Counted from the stretch's first letter, positions 7,669 through 16,107 are shown. The stretch: DNA of 64,000 nt from a virus (IMGVR_UViG_3300044541_000019:130-64129); one strand, 5' to 3'. Notes: a model not told the origin generated them from the sequence alone. Made by a program: numbers and translations.

Positions 7669-7965
7669 ATGACAACGATCGCTGAATGGCAAGACGCCCT
7701 GTGGGCCGAACTGGACGAGCTTCCGCCTGAGAAGCAGTTCATCCTCGCCGGGGCTTGGATAGCCAACATCACCCAGAACCTGCTGCCCGAGCTAGGCCTA
7801 CGCCGCCGTGAGAACGTCCTGGAGATGCTGGCCCAGGATGGCTGGAGCATCGCCACCGTGGCCGGGGTACTCGGTATGCGTCGCTCCACCGTCTCCCGTC
7901 TCGTGGATGAGGGCCGCAGTCTGCGCAAGCAGGCACGTGAGGAGTCCGCCCAACGAGCCGCGTGA
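7669..7965 (+). CDS. HTH DNA-binding protein, 98 aa
   Basis: GWSIATVAGVLGMRRSTVSRLV; AAAGG RBS. Confidence 0.8.
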   Translation: MTTIAEWQDALWAELDELPPEKQFILAGAWIANITQNLLPELGLRRRENVLEMLAQDGWSIATVAGVLGMRRSTVSRLVDEGRSLRKQAREESAQRAA

Positions 7966-7984
7966 AGGACTAGAGGGACTGGTG

Positions 7985-8014
7985 TTGCAGATACCCCACC
8001 CCTCCCTATAGAGT
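7985..8014 (+). promoter_or_regulatory. promoter TTGCAG-18-TAGAGT with CCCCACCCCTCCC spacer
   Basis: Read directly; may also drive array 1 and the RAMP locus by read-through. Confidence 0.7.
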
Positions 8015-8086
8015 GTGAGTATCAGCTTGGACCCGGCGGGTGACCACCTAATCCCCGCCGGGTTCAGACTCTCCAAGGAGGGATCA

Positions 8087-8353
8087 ATGACCAATCATCA
8101 GCTCGGGCGCTGCGACAACTGTGGCGGCTACCTGGGCGATCCACCAGAACCATGTATCCACCCGCACAACCCGGGTGGCGCCTTCCGCTACAAGGTGGGC
8201 GAACATGTCACCTACAGCCGGACCGGGAAGCGGGTACGGGTCAAGGCTCGCACGATCGAACCGGCCCTGGGGAAGACGTACCTGATCCAGTACCAGAACG
8301 GGCGCACCGGTGGCTACGTCCCGGAACGCACCCTCAGCAGGGAAAAGTCATGA
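8087..8353 (+). CDS. hypothetical protein with CxxC and an SH3-like C-terminal half
   Basis: AAGGAGG RBS; CDNC motif. Confidence 0.65.
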   Translation: MTNHQLGRCDNCGGYLGDPPEPCIHPHNPGGAFRYKVGEHVTYSRTGKRVRVKARTIEPALGKTYLIQYQNGRTGGYVPERTLSREKS

Positions 8354-8511
8354 AACGGCTCCCACTGAAACGAGCCGACGAGTACGACACCGTCTGTGCC
8401 AGGAAGTGGTACTGCTACCTCCAGAAAGCTGGAGCGACCTCCAGCATCAAGCGGCGTATCCGTCGCCGTGAACGACGTCAAGGGAAAGTGGATCTCCGTG
8501 TCAATGACTAA
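8350..8511 (+). CDS. small basic phage protein (DEYD...IKRRIRRRERR)
   Basis: ATGA coupling; motif typical of a small phage family. Confidence 0.65.
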   Translation: MKRLPLKRADEYDTVCARKWYCYLQKAGATSSIKRRIRRRERRQGKVDLRVND

Positions 8512-8650
8512 CAGGATGCCCTCCTGTGTCGGCAAGACGCACCGCCAGATCTGGCAGCAGTACAAGGATGTGTACCCGGAACTCACCGAGGCCCAGCTAC
8601 GCGAGATCCATCTGCGGTGGGTCCGAGCCTGGACGGCGGCGGGGCTGTGA
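8504..8650 (+). CDS. hypothetical protein, 48 aa
   Basis: Coupled ORF, start trimmed. Confidence 0.5.
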   Translation: MTNRMPSCVGKTHRQIWQQYKDVYPELTEAQLREIHLRWVRAWTAAGL

Positions 8651-8949
8651 GAGATCCACTGTCGGAGATCGCCCGCAAGGCGATGTCCGTTACCGAGAAT
8701 CGGTGCCGGAAGCAGGGTCTGGACTTTGCTGAGGAACTTAACCGACTTGGGCTTCTGGCCACAGAACCTCGAATTCGAGAGATCCAGGTATCTGCATTAA
8801 AGAACATGTTGGCTCGCCTCGAAATGATGTCGGTTGCCGATCTCATGGAAGTACAACGGCGAGGCAACTCGAACCCTGGGACTCCAGCAGACCTGTACGT
8901 CAGTGTCTTGGGCTGGATCCACAACTACATCAACCATCTGACCACGTGA
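8647..8949 (+). CDS. hypothetical protein, 100 aa
   Basis: GTGA coupling with upstream stop. Confidence 0.65.
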   Translation: MRDPLSEIARKAMSVTENRCRKQGLDFAEELNRLGLLATEPRIREIQVSALKNMLARLEMMSVADLMEVQRRGNSNPGTPADLYVSVLGWIHNYINHLTT

Positions 8950-9476
8950 CATGTCCGTTCTCTTCTGTCCCTGTCGTGTCACTCCGACTACTCGGGCCTT
9001 TTCGAGTCACATCCCATCCATCCGACACATCGCGCCGTAGCGCATCAACTCCAAGCGACACCTCGCGCCGAATCATCTCATTTCAAACCGACGTGCCTCG
9101 TCAAAACCGGTCTACTCACGCCCATCCGACACACCTAGTCACTCCGGTTCCTCCCCCCTCCGACATGTCGAATCGCGCCCTTTCCTGTCTCGCCAATTCC
9201 GACTCACCGTCTCACATCGCCTCCATTTCATCCCGACTACCCATGTCGCGTCGCCACCCACTCCGATCCGACTAGCCGCTACTGGCCGTGTCCCTACCAG
9301 TCCGACTACGCACTTCATGTCCACTCCTATCCCCCCTATCCGCTACGACTCGTCTCAACTACCCCATTCAAGCCCGATCCGACAAGTCGACTCGTCTCGA
9401 TCTCATGTCTTCTCATCCCGACGACTCGTTTCAATTCGAACCCTGCCCGACGAGCCCATCCACTCCATCTCACTCC
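8947..9476 (+). ncRNA. pentamer-periodic array 1: 14 complete CGAC-terminated units of 29-43 nt plus a partial unit
   Basis: e.g. atg|tccgt|tctct|tctgt|ccctg|tcgtg|tcact|ccgac; tac|tcggg|ccttt|tcgag|tcaca|tccca|tccat|ccgac; intergenic. RNA status is inferred. Confidence 0.75.
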
Positions 9477-9491
9477 TAAGGAGGTTCCCCG

Positions 9492-10040
9492 GTGACAGCG
9501 TTAGAGATCCGCAAGCGGGACTTCGCCACCGACATGCGCAAGCTCATCGACAAGGAACGTTCAGGCAATGGCAGCTACAACGCCAGCGTTCTCGCTCATG
9601 AGATCGCTACCCGACTCCTCACCGAGGACCGGGAGCTGCTGTACGGCTGGCTCGAAGCGCACGCCGTGCCCACCATCCGTGCCGCGATCGTAGCCATCGA
9701 CGCCGCCACCAGGTCATACGCCCGGAAAGGCAACGTGACGTCCCTGTTCGCTGAAGCCGCGAGACAGGCCGAAGGTGGCAACCAGGAACCGCTGCGTCAG
9801 GGTTTCCTGCAGGCCGTGTACGTCATCAACAGCGACAACGACCGTAAGGCGCTCAAGGATATGACAGCTGCAGATGTCCTGTTCGTAGCAGCATCGTACG
9901 AGGACAGGGCGAAGTCAGCGATGCTTGAAGCAGCATTCCTGAGGGCTGTGGCCAAGAAGATTGGACACGGCCGTGTCGCGGACAAGTTCACTAACATCCA
10001 GTTGGCCGAACTGCATTTGCGACTCAAAGGCACAGACTAA
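9492..10040 (+). CDS. helical hypothetical protein, 182 aa, between arrays 1 and 2
   Basis: TAAGGAGG RBS; clean ORF. Confidence 0.85.
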   Translation: MTALEIRKRDFATDMRKLIDKERSGNGSYNASVLAHEIATRLLTEDRELLYGWLEAHAVPTIRAAIVAIDAATRSYARKGNVTSLFAEAARQAEGGNQEPLRQGFLQAVYVINSDNDRKALKDMTAADVLFVAASYEDRAKSAMLEAAFLRAVAKKIGHGRVADKFTNIQLAELHLRLKGTD

Positions 10041-10466
10041 CGACACCACAATCCGGTTCGGTTCTCCTCTCATCTTTCTGACACATCGAGTCAGGTCATG
10101 TCAGTTCGGATCCGTTCGACTCGTCAGCTCGTTGCTTCTTCTATCCATCCCGCCCGACTCGCCAGTTCCCCTTCTCCCTGCACGGCCCACATCCCATCGA
10201 CAGGACAGTCCTGCTCGGTGCTCTCCCAGTCTGCCCCGAACGACCGATCATCTCCTATTCCGCGCCCGTCCCTCCGACGATTCAATCCACCTCAGCTCGC
10301 AACCGACAGATCACGTCTGTCCCGTTCGACTTCTCATATCGTGCCTGTCCAGCTCGCCCCAATCGACAGATCCCGTCTACCCGAGTCAGCTCGCCCCAGG
10401 CGACATCTCGTGCCTTCTCTGTTCGAGTCCGACTTGCCCCCTCTGAACTGTTCTTCTCTATCCGAC
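10041..10466 (+). ncRNA. pentamer-periodic array 2: 12 units of 23-43 nt
   Basis: e.g. aca|tcgag|tcagg|tcatg|tcagt|tcgga|tccgt|tcgac; directly upstream of the RAMP gene. Confidence 0.75.
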
Positions 10467-10489
10467 CATCCACAAAGGAGTAACAAGAA

Positions 10490-11224
10490 ATGACTGACAC
10501 GCCGAAGCGCGTATTCAGTAGGTATGACAACGAGTCCTACAAGTTCCGCTTCGTTGCGGAGCTGTCCCTATCTACCATCGTTGGTGGCGTCCCCAGTGAC
10601 CCGAAGGTTGCTGAGGGCTGGCTGAAGTCCAAGCTGCAGGAAACCGATGACCGCATCCGCGAAATGGTCGCTGAGATCATGGTGGAGCGTGAGGTGGGCG
10701 TGGAAGAGGCCACTGAGATCGTCAACAGCCTGAAGAACCTCAACGGGTTCAAGCGCACCCCGGCCGGCGTCCTGTTCATTGAGGGACGTCAGGTCAAGGC
10801 CATGATCAAGGAAGCTGCCTCGATCGCGGTGGCGGCCAAAAAGGTCGAGATGACGGGCTGGGGATCCACGCGAAAGTGGCTGTCCAACTTCCTCCCGGAA
10901 CACGTATTCGTGCTGGAGGAGACGATCGAGCTGACCCAGCGCGACGAGGCCGGCAACCTGGTGACAGTGAAGACCCCCACTGGCATCAACCAGCAGTTCG
11001 TGCACACGCACCGAGGCTCCAGCATCCAGTACCAGGAGTTCGTACGTGACGCCGTGGTCACCTTCAACGTCATCTGCGATTGGCCCTTCACCACGAAGGA
11101 CTGGGCCATGATTCTCACCTCTGGGGAGAAGAATGGACTGGGTGCTAGTCGCTCTCAGGGTTATGGCACCTTCGGCGTCACTCGCTGGGATGCCGTTGAC
11201 CTGGAGGGAAAGAAGACCAAGTGA
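10490..11224 (+). CDS. solitary Cas7/RAMP-superfamily protein, 244 aa
   Basis: LFIEGRQVKAMIKEAA (equivalent of IPGSSLKG.LR) and C-terminal Gly-rich loop NGLGASRSQGYGTF; AAAGGAG RBS. Confidence 0.8.
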   Translation: MTDTPKRVFSRYDNESYKFRFVAELSLSTIVGGVPSDPKVAEGWLKSKLQETDDRIREMVAEIMVEREVGVEEATEIVNSLKNLNGFKRTPAGVLFIEGRQVKAMIKEAASIAVAAKKVEMTGWGSTRKWLSNFLPEHVFVLEETIELTQRDEAGNLVTVKTPTGINQQFVHTHRGSSIQYQEFVRDAVVTFNVICDWPFTTKDWAMILTSGEKNGLGASRSQGYGTFGVTRWDAVDLEGKKTK

Positions 11225-11493
11225 CGCAGAGATCGGTACACCGGCGTTGGTCGGTGTACCGGCCTCACTTCTTGAGGCATGACAAGAACTCCATGATCCA
11301 GTACGTCGCGGGGTACATCCTGGCATTGGAAGATGTACTCAAGGACAACGAGATGATCGCCAAGTCTGCGCCCGGCTACACCGTGCCCTGGCAACTGATC
11401 GAAAAGGTGCAGCAGTCCCTAGACGAAGCGAGACGCACCATGGCCATCTTGGTTCACGACAAGGAAGTGGGAGGCTACCCGGATGAGCCCTAA
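11221..11493 (+). CDS. hypothetical protein, ~90 aa
   Basis: Coupled to the RAMP stop codon. Confidence 0.6.
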   Translation: MTQRSVHRRWSVYRPHFLRHDKNSMIQYVAGYILALEDVLKDNEMIAKSAPGYTVPWQLIEKVQQSLDEARRTMAILVHDKEVGGYPDEP

Positions 11494-11845
11494 GCGACTG
11501 TGGTTCTACGGCCGGAAGGACTACAGCCCAACGCACTGGTGGAACCGGATCGGAGTGCCCCATCGGGGAGACGATGAGTACGGCCGCCGCATCATCATCA
11601 TTGGCACGTTCCTGACCGGGTATGCCCTGTTCGCCTACTGGACGTGTCACTGCGAGGACTGCGTGGACCTGAGAACCTACGCTGAGGTTGACCATCGCCA
11701 ACAGGTGGAGGCCGAAGCAGAGGCTGTGACACCGGAGCTGCTAGCAGAGCTGGAGGAGAAGTATGGTGCTGACTTTGCTGATGAGGTACGCGAGCGTCAG
11801 CTTCGTGTGCGACTCATGCAAGAGGAACGCGCACGACGAGTGTAG
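11483..11845 (+). CDS. hypothetical protein with one TM segment and CHCEDC
   Basis: ORF track; GGAGG RBS. Confidence 0.65.
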   Translation: MSPKRLWFYGRKDYSPTHWWNRIGVPHRGDDEYGRRIIIIGTFLTGYALFAYWTCHCEDCVDLRTYAEVDHRQQVEAEAEAVTPELLAELEEKYGADFADEVRERQLRVRLMQEERARRV

Positions 11846-11859
11846 AGGCGGTACCTGGT

Positions 11860-12072
11860 GTGACTGCCTCCACCGAGTTCCCAAGCAATGACCTGAAATG
11901 CGACAACTACCTTGAATGCGGAGAATCGCTACTTTTCCTCACCGAGAGTCGTGCCCGAGTCAGAGGCTGGCACTTCTGGGAAGGACACGTCCTGGGGCCG
12001 CAGTGTGTGGGACGACGTAGTCGACTCCCGGCAGCCCCAGCAGTCCTCCCCGGCCAGCCGTGGCTCTTCTGA
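11860..12072 (+). CDS. small Cys-containing protein (CDNYLEC...CGPQC-like)
   Basis: ORF track. Confidence 0.55.
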   Translation: MTASTEFPSNDLKCDNYLECGESLLFLTESRARVRGWHFWEGHVLGPQCVGRRSRLPAAPAVLPGQPWLF

Positions 12073-12194
12073 ACCACGAGCAGGGTCCACCATTCCATTG
12101 TGGTGGACCCTGCTGTGTGCGGTGATCGGCTGCCTGCAGGTGTTCGTGATCATCGCCGCCCTCGCAGTCATTCTGGGATGACTCATCTTCGATG

Positions 12195-12224
12195 TTGCTA
12201 GATCCCCCTCCCTGGGGTAAGAAT
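12195..12224 (+). promoter_or_regulatory. promoter TTGCTA-17/18-TAAGAAT with CCCCCTCCCTGGGG spacer
   Basis: Read directly; upstream of 12248 with GAGGAGG RBS. Confidence 0.65.
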
Positions 12225-12247
12225 GGAACCACCAGAGGAGGAATCAC

Positions 12248-12574
12248 ATGTCACTGAACGACATCGCCATCCAGACCGCCGCACAGCAACAGTTCGGCCA
12301 GGAAGACCTGGCAGAGCTTGGGGCTGCACTCGCCGGTGAAGGATGGACCCGGGTAGAAGCTCGCTCCCTGATCGCACTCATCCAGCAGGTTGGTACGCAG
12401 ACGGCGCTGAACATGGCCCCGTCGATCCTGGAACAGGTACGAGCCATCAACGCCGCGAGGCTGTCGAACATCTACACGCAGATACGGATGCTGCCCACCA
12501 TGGCTGGCTACGTGTCACGTGACCGGGTCCTGCAGATCGTTCAGGGCACGTACTCCACGCCACCCCGAAACTGA
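12248..12574 (+). CDS. hypothetical protein, 108 aa
   Basis: Strong RBS and promoter. Confidence 0.8.
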   Translation: MSLNDIAIQTAAQQQFGQEDLAELGAALAGEGWTRVEARSLIALIQQVGTQTALNMAPSILEQVRAINAARLSNIYTQIRMLPTMAGYVSRDRVLQIVQGTYSTPPRN

Positions 12575-12585
12575 AACAGGAAACC

Positions 12586-13023
12586 ATGCCTTTCGTAAAA
12601 CAGCTCATCCAGCTCACGGATGATCAAAAGACAGAGATGCTGACCGTACTTCAGGCACTGAAGGAGGTCGTTACCGAAGCAGGCGAGACATGGACGTACG
12701 TTCGCAGGCCGAACGCAACAGGACTCGGCACTGGCTGCGTCTACGTCCACAATGGTGTACCGGACTGCATCGCCGGCCGAGTCCTCCACAAGCTCGGGGT
12801 CAGCACAGAAGACCTGAGCAAGTGGGAGGGCAAGGTGTGCGGCCAGATGTCGTCAGAGCACCTGACAGTCCAGCTCGATCTTCCTCGGATCCCTTTCGAC
12901 GAACCCAGCCTCGGCGTCCTGAACGTCGCCCAGGACTCCTCAGACAGTGGCTACTCCTGGGGTAGCTCCCTGGAGAAGGCTCGCGCCCACGCGCGGGAGT
13001 TCTACGGAGTGGAACTCTCATGA
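12586..13023 (+). CDS. hypothetical protein, tandem paralog A (GCVYVHNGVPDCIAGRVLHKLGVS)
   Basis: Aligns by eye with 13020..13463. Confidence 0.8.
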   Translation: MPFVKQLIQLTDDQKTEMLTVLQALKEVVTEAGETWTYVRRPNATGLGTGCVYVHNGVPDCIAGRVLHKLGVSTEDLSKWEGKVCGQMSSEHLTVQLDLPRIPFDEPSLGVLNVAQDSSDSGYSWGSSLEKARAHAREFYGVELS

Positions 13024-13463
13024 TCCAGACTCAGCTCACCGACGCCCAAGAGACAGAGATGCTGTCTATGCTCCGAGCCTTGAAGCAGGTCGTTGCCGAG
13101 GCTGGCGATGACTACGTGTACACGAAGAAGATCACCGACCTGTCTGATTACCCAGGCTGCGTCTACGTGTACAACGGTGAGCCTGACTGCCTAGGCGGCC
13201 GTGTCCTAGCCAAGCTCGGGGTAAGCACCGAAACACTCCGAAGCTGGGAGGGGAAGATGTGTGAGTCAATGACAAAGGGCGCCACAGCCCACCCCCTACT
13301 GGGTTTCGGCGACAACTACTACCTTGAACCGCTGTCCTTCTTCAGCCCAACCATGGAGATCCTAGCCCGCGCCCAGAGGTTTCAGGACGCTGGAAATGCT
13401 TGGGGCGAGGTTCGGAACTGGACTCTGCAACTGGCAGCCCAACGATACGGAGTAGTCGCATGA
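13020..13463 (+). CDS. hypothetical protein, tandem paralog B (GCVYVYNGEPDCLGGRVLAKLGVS)
   Basis: Aligns by eye with 12586..13023. Confidence 0.8.
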   Translation: MIQTQLTDAQETEMLSMLRALKQVVAEAGDDYVYTKKITDLSDYPGCVYVYNGEPDCLGGRVLAKLGVSTETLRSWEGKMCESMTKGATAHPLLGFGDNYYLEPLSFFSPTMEILARAQRFQDAGNAWGEVRNWTLQLAAQRYGVVA

Positions 13464-13645
13464 ATAAGACCCTCGTAGTTCTCGCTGTCGCTGGGGCGGC
13501 AGCAGCCGGCGGGTACATGTTCCGCAACGAGATCAAGGATGCGGCGCGGAAGGTGCAGCAGGATCTTGAGGTCAAGATCGCCGAATTCAGCCTCCTAGTC
13601 CCCGACAAGACCGACACCGGGTACGTTGAGACAGAGAACTTCTAG
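13460..13645 (+). CDS. small membrane-anchored protein, 61 aa
   Basis: ATGA coupling; N-terminal TM segment. Confidence 0.65.
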   Translation: MNKTLVVLAVAGAAAAGGYMFRNEIKDAARKVQQDLEVKIAEFSLLVPDKTDTGYVETENF

Positions 13646-13655
13646 AGACCCGAAG

Positions 13656-13687
13656 GTCCCAGCGCTCACGGGGGTGCTGGGACTTTT
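13656..13687 (+). terminator. intrinsic terminator preceding array 3
   Basis: GTCCCAGCGC...GTGCTGGGAC-TTTT. Confidence 0.7.
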
Positions 13688-13707
13688 GGCATGTGCTCGG
13701 CGTCAGG

Positions 13708-14091
13708 CCGACACGCGACCGTACACCTCGTACCTACTCTGTCCTCGCCATCTCGACAAACCCACACAGGCCGATCCGGTCCAGCTCTACTCGACTTACC
13801 GAATCAGTTTCCAGCCCCTCCCCATCCCATCCGACATGTCAACCTTGGTCATCTCCCATCGTTTCCGACAGACCCGCCCTGCCCGCACCCTGGTCACTGC
13901 CGACTCGTCCACTCAGTCCCAACTCCGATCCCATCCATACGACAAGGCAGGTCTCCTCCTGTCGTTCCTAATCACCTCCATCGACCAACCGAATCGAATC
14001 CGATCCCTACCGACATGTCGTCTCACTTCCGTGCCGCTCTACCCACGTCCGACTACCCACCTCCGATCCTCTCGGCTCGCTTCCGCCCAAC
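13708..14091 (+). ncRNA. pentamer-periodic array 3: 10 units of 29-42 nt
   Basis: e.g. aaa|cccac|acagg|ccgat|ccggt|ccagc|tctac|tcgac. Confidence 0.75.
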
Positions 14092-14110
14092 TATCCACAA
14101 AGGAGAACCA

Positions 14111-14476
14111 ATGAAGCCCGATCCCTATGAGCACGAACCAGCGGTTGAGGTTGACCCGGTCACATTTGCCGCCTACATGGAGGCGGCATCAAACGTCCTC
14201 GCCTGGCAGAAGGAAGCCGACCGTCTCAAGAGGATGCTCGCGGAGCAGATGGGGGACGCGCACGCTGGCCTCGTGGACGGGCGCAAGCTCATCACCAACC
14301 GACCTGGTGACAGGTGGGCTGAAGCTCGGATGATCAAAGACTACCCGGAGCTGACCTCGCACTACATCAAGCCCGTCTACCAGGACAAGTTCGACTTCTC
14401 CATGTTCCAGGCCGCGCACCCTGACATCGTGGAGAAGTACCGCGTACGCAGCTTCAGGAGCCTGGCCGATGTCTGA
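14111..14476 (+). CDS. protein resembling the C-terminal region of YqaJ-type phage recombinases, without a nuclease domain
   Basis: LKRMLAEQMGDA..GLVDG....T and FD...FQAAHPDIVEKY...SF motifs; AAAGGAG RBS. Confidence 0.55.
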   Translation: MKPDPYEHEPAVEVDPVTFAAYMEAASNVLAWQKEADRLKRMLAEQMGDAHAGLVDGRKLITNRPGDRWAEARMIKDYPELTSHYIKPVYQDKFDFSMFQAAHPDIVEKYRVRSFRSLADV

Positions 14477-14633
14477 CGAGAGCTGGGAGGACTACTACGA
14501 GGAAGGCTGGGGGTATGACGTAGCAGCCATACCGGACCAGGTGATCCTCGGCCTTGCTGACGGCTACGACGACGGTCGTATTGATGCGGTCATCCTGGAG
14601 TACCTGAAGATCAGAGGGAACAGCAATGTCTAG
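14469..14633 (+). CDS. acidic 54-aa protein (not in ORF track)
   Basis: Manual translation MSDESWEDYYEEGWGYD... Confidence 0.55.
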   Translation: MSDESWEDYYEEGWGYDVAAIPDQVILGLADGYDDGRIDAVILEYLKIRGNSNV

Positions 14634-14943
14634 CTGGCAGTATCACCGGGATCTGGTCGAAGCCCACTACCAGCGGTACGTGGAACTCCAGGAGGAGATC
14701 GCGGCCCTCTGGGAGGCAGCACTGAGGGCCACCCGGAACAGGGACAAGCGTGCAGCCTGGGTGATCTTGCTCAAGAAGGAGGAGACCCAACATGGCTTCA
14801 ACTACATGAGGCTGACCAACGAACGCACCCAACTGATCCAACAGATCACCATGCACTCCAGCATGGCAACCATGTTCTGGATGACAGAACCTGACCAGCC
14901 AGCACGGATTCCGACACAGGTAGACCGTACGCTTGAATCATGA
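14626..14943 (+). CDS. coiled-coil hypothetical protein, 105 aa
   Basis: ORF track. Confidence 0.65.
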   Translation: MSSWQYHRDLVEAHYQRYVELQEEIAALWEAALRATRNRDKRAAWVILLKKEETQHGFNYMRLTNERTQLIQQITMHSSMATMFWMTEPDQPARIPTQVDRTLES

Positions 14944-15197
14944 CCATGACAGGTGGGGACATCGCACTGGTGATCGGGGCCGTGACAACGCTGGTGACAG
15001 CAGGCACGGCCTCCTTCCTCGCAATACGCAGCGGCTTCAAGACTGTCCGCGAGGACGTACAAGCTGTGCACAGCATCGTGAACCAGGCAAGCACGGACGC
15101 CAAGGCATACAACCTGTTGCTGTCGAACACGTTGCGTATGCACGGGATCGACGTCCCGGTGGACGCAGCGGTGGTGCCGCCAGAAGAACCCACGTGA
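14940..15197 (+). CDS. single-TM membrane protein, 85 aa
   Basis: N-terminal hydrophobic helix. Confidence 0.65.
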   Translation: MTMTGGDIALVIGAVTTLVTAGTASFLAIRSGFKTVREDVQAVHSIVNQASTDAKAYNLLLSNTLRMHGIDVPVDAAVVPPEEPT

Positions 15198-15209
15198 GAC
15201 CATCCGGGC

Positions 15210-15689
15210 ATGGAGATCACCGTGTACGGGAAGCCGAGCCCACAGGGCAGCAAGAAGTTCATGGGGATCAGCAAGCAGGGCAAGGGAATCCTGATGGAGA
15301 ACTCCCCCAAGCTGATCCCGTGGCGTAACGCAGTCAGTGCCGCCGCACAGGAGGAGCTGGACCGCATCGGGCGGCCAGCTCCTTTTGACTGTGCACTGTC
15401 GGTGATGATGGTGTTCACGTTCCTGCGTCCCTCCAGCGTGAAGAGATCGAAGCGTTCGCATCCATCAGTGTATCCAGATTTGTCCAAAATTGTACGAGCA
15501 ACGGAAGACGCACTCACCGATGCAGGGGTCTGGTGTGATGACGCCCTGGTGGTGGATCTGTTCGCCCGGAAGACCTACCAGAACGAGGACCACTGGGCTC
15601 TTGACCGGGCAGGATGCTTCCTGCGCATTCTGCCGGTGCTACCATTGGGTATGCCCCCAGGGAGGGGGTACTTAGAACTGGAGGCGTAA
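15210..15689 (+). CDS. rusA: RusA-family Holliday junction resolvase
   Basis: KPSPQGSK and PDLSKIVRATEDALTDAGVWCDDALVV. Confidence 0.9.
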   Translation: MEITVYGKPSPQGSKKFMGISKQGKGILMENSPKLIPWRNAVSAAAQEELDRIGRPAPFDCALSVMMVFTFLRPSSVKRSKRSHPSVYPDLSKIVRATEDALTDAGVWCDDALVVDLFARKTYQNEDHWALDRAGCFLRILPVLPLGMPPGRGYLELEA

Positions 15690-15937
15690 TGAACCACGAA
15701 GCTGGCACCTTGCTTGAACTCGACACACGTCGGAGGCTCAGCCTCGGGCGGCTTGCACAGCACGATCGCTACATCGCCACCGTCGAGGAAGACGGCACGA
15801 TCGTGCTGACTCCTGCAGTCGTCATGACCGAAGCCGAAGCACGTCTGCTGGCGGTACCCGCCGTTCAGGAGATGGCCGAGTTCCTGAAGGACCCCAGCAC
15901 TGGGGTGCCCTGGAGAGGAAGGCAGGAGTCACTGTGA
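15689..15937 (+). CDS. AbrB/MazE-like looped-hinge DNA-binding protein
   Basis: LDTRRRLSLGRL...Y...EEDGTIVLTP; GGAGG RBS. Confidence 0.6.
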   Translation: MNHEAGTLLELDTRRRLSLGRLAQHDRYIATVEEDGTIVLTPAVVMTEAEARLLAVPAVQEMAEFLKDPSTGVPWRGRQESL

Positions 15938-16107
15938 TCACAACCCAGGAACGCCTGGATGTAGCAGCGGCCGAGGCGCTGGATCTAGCGACAGAACTGT
16001 GGCCCCTCGATACTGGAGGGGTGATCGTGCTGCTACCAGAACAGTGGACCAGGCTGCGCGACTTCCTGCTTGATGTCCCCGAGTTACTACTAGGAGAGTC
16101 ATCGTGA
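15934..16107 (+). CDS. hypothetical protein, 57 aa (not in ORF track)
   Basis: Manual translation; GTGA coupling at both ends. Confidence 0.5.
   Translation: MITTQERLDVAAAEALDLATELWPLDTGGVIVLLPEQWTRLRDFLLDVPELLLGESS

Noticed and set aside
8946-9601. Ser/Pro/Arg-rich ORFs over array 1 (8946..9275, 9288..9479, 9317..9601, 9139..9324)
   Set aside because: Shadow ORFs from C/T-rich DNA with few stop codons; the sequence has period 5, not 3, and the ORFs lack an RBS
9961-10530. ORFs 9961..10446, 10098..10493 and 10282..10530 over array 2
   Set aside because: Same reason: low-complexity translations of the pentamer array
8947-14091. Conventional CRISPR array or TIGR array
   Set aside because: No 23-47-bp conserved direct repeats (only a 5-nt delimiter), no fixed 36-nt unit with box motifs, and no Nop-domain gene recognised
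13626-14114. ORFs over array 3, including the 5' extension of 13691..14476
   Set aside because: The real gene starts at ATG 14111 after AAAGGAG; the upstream part is array
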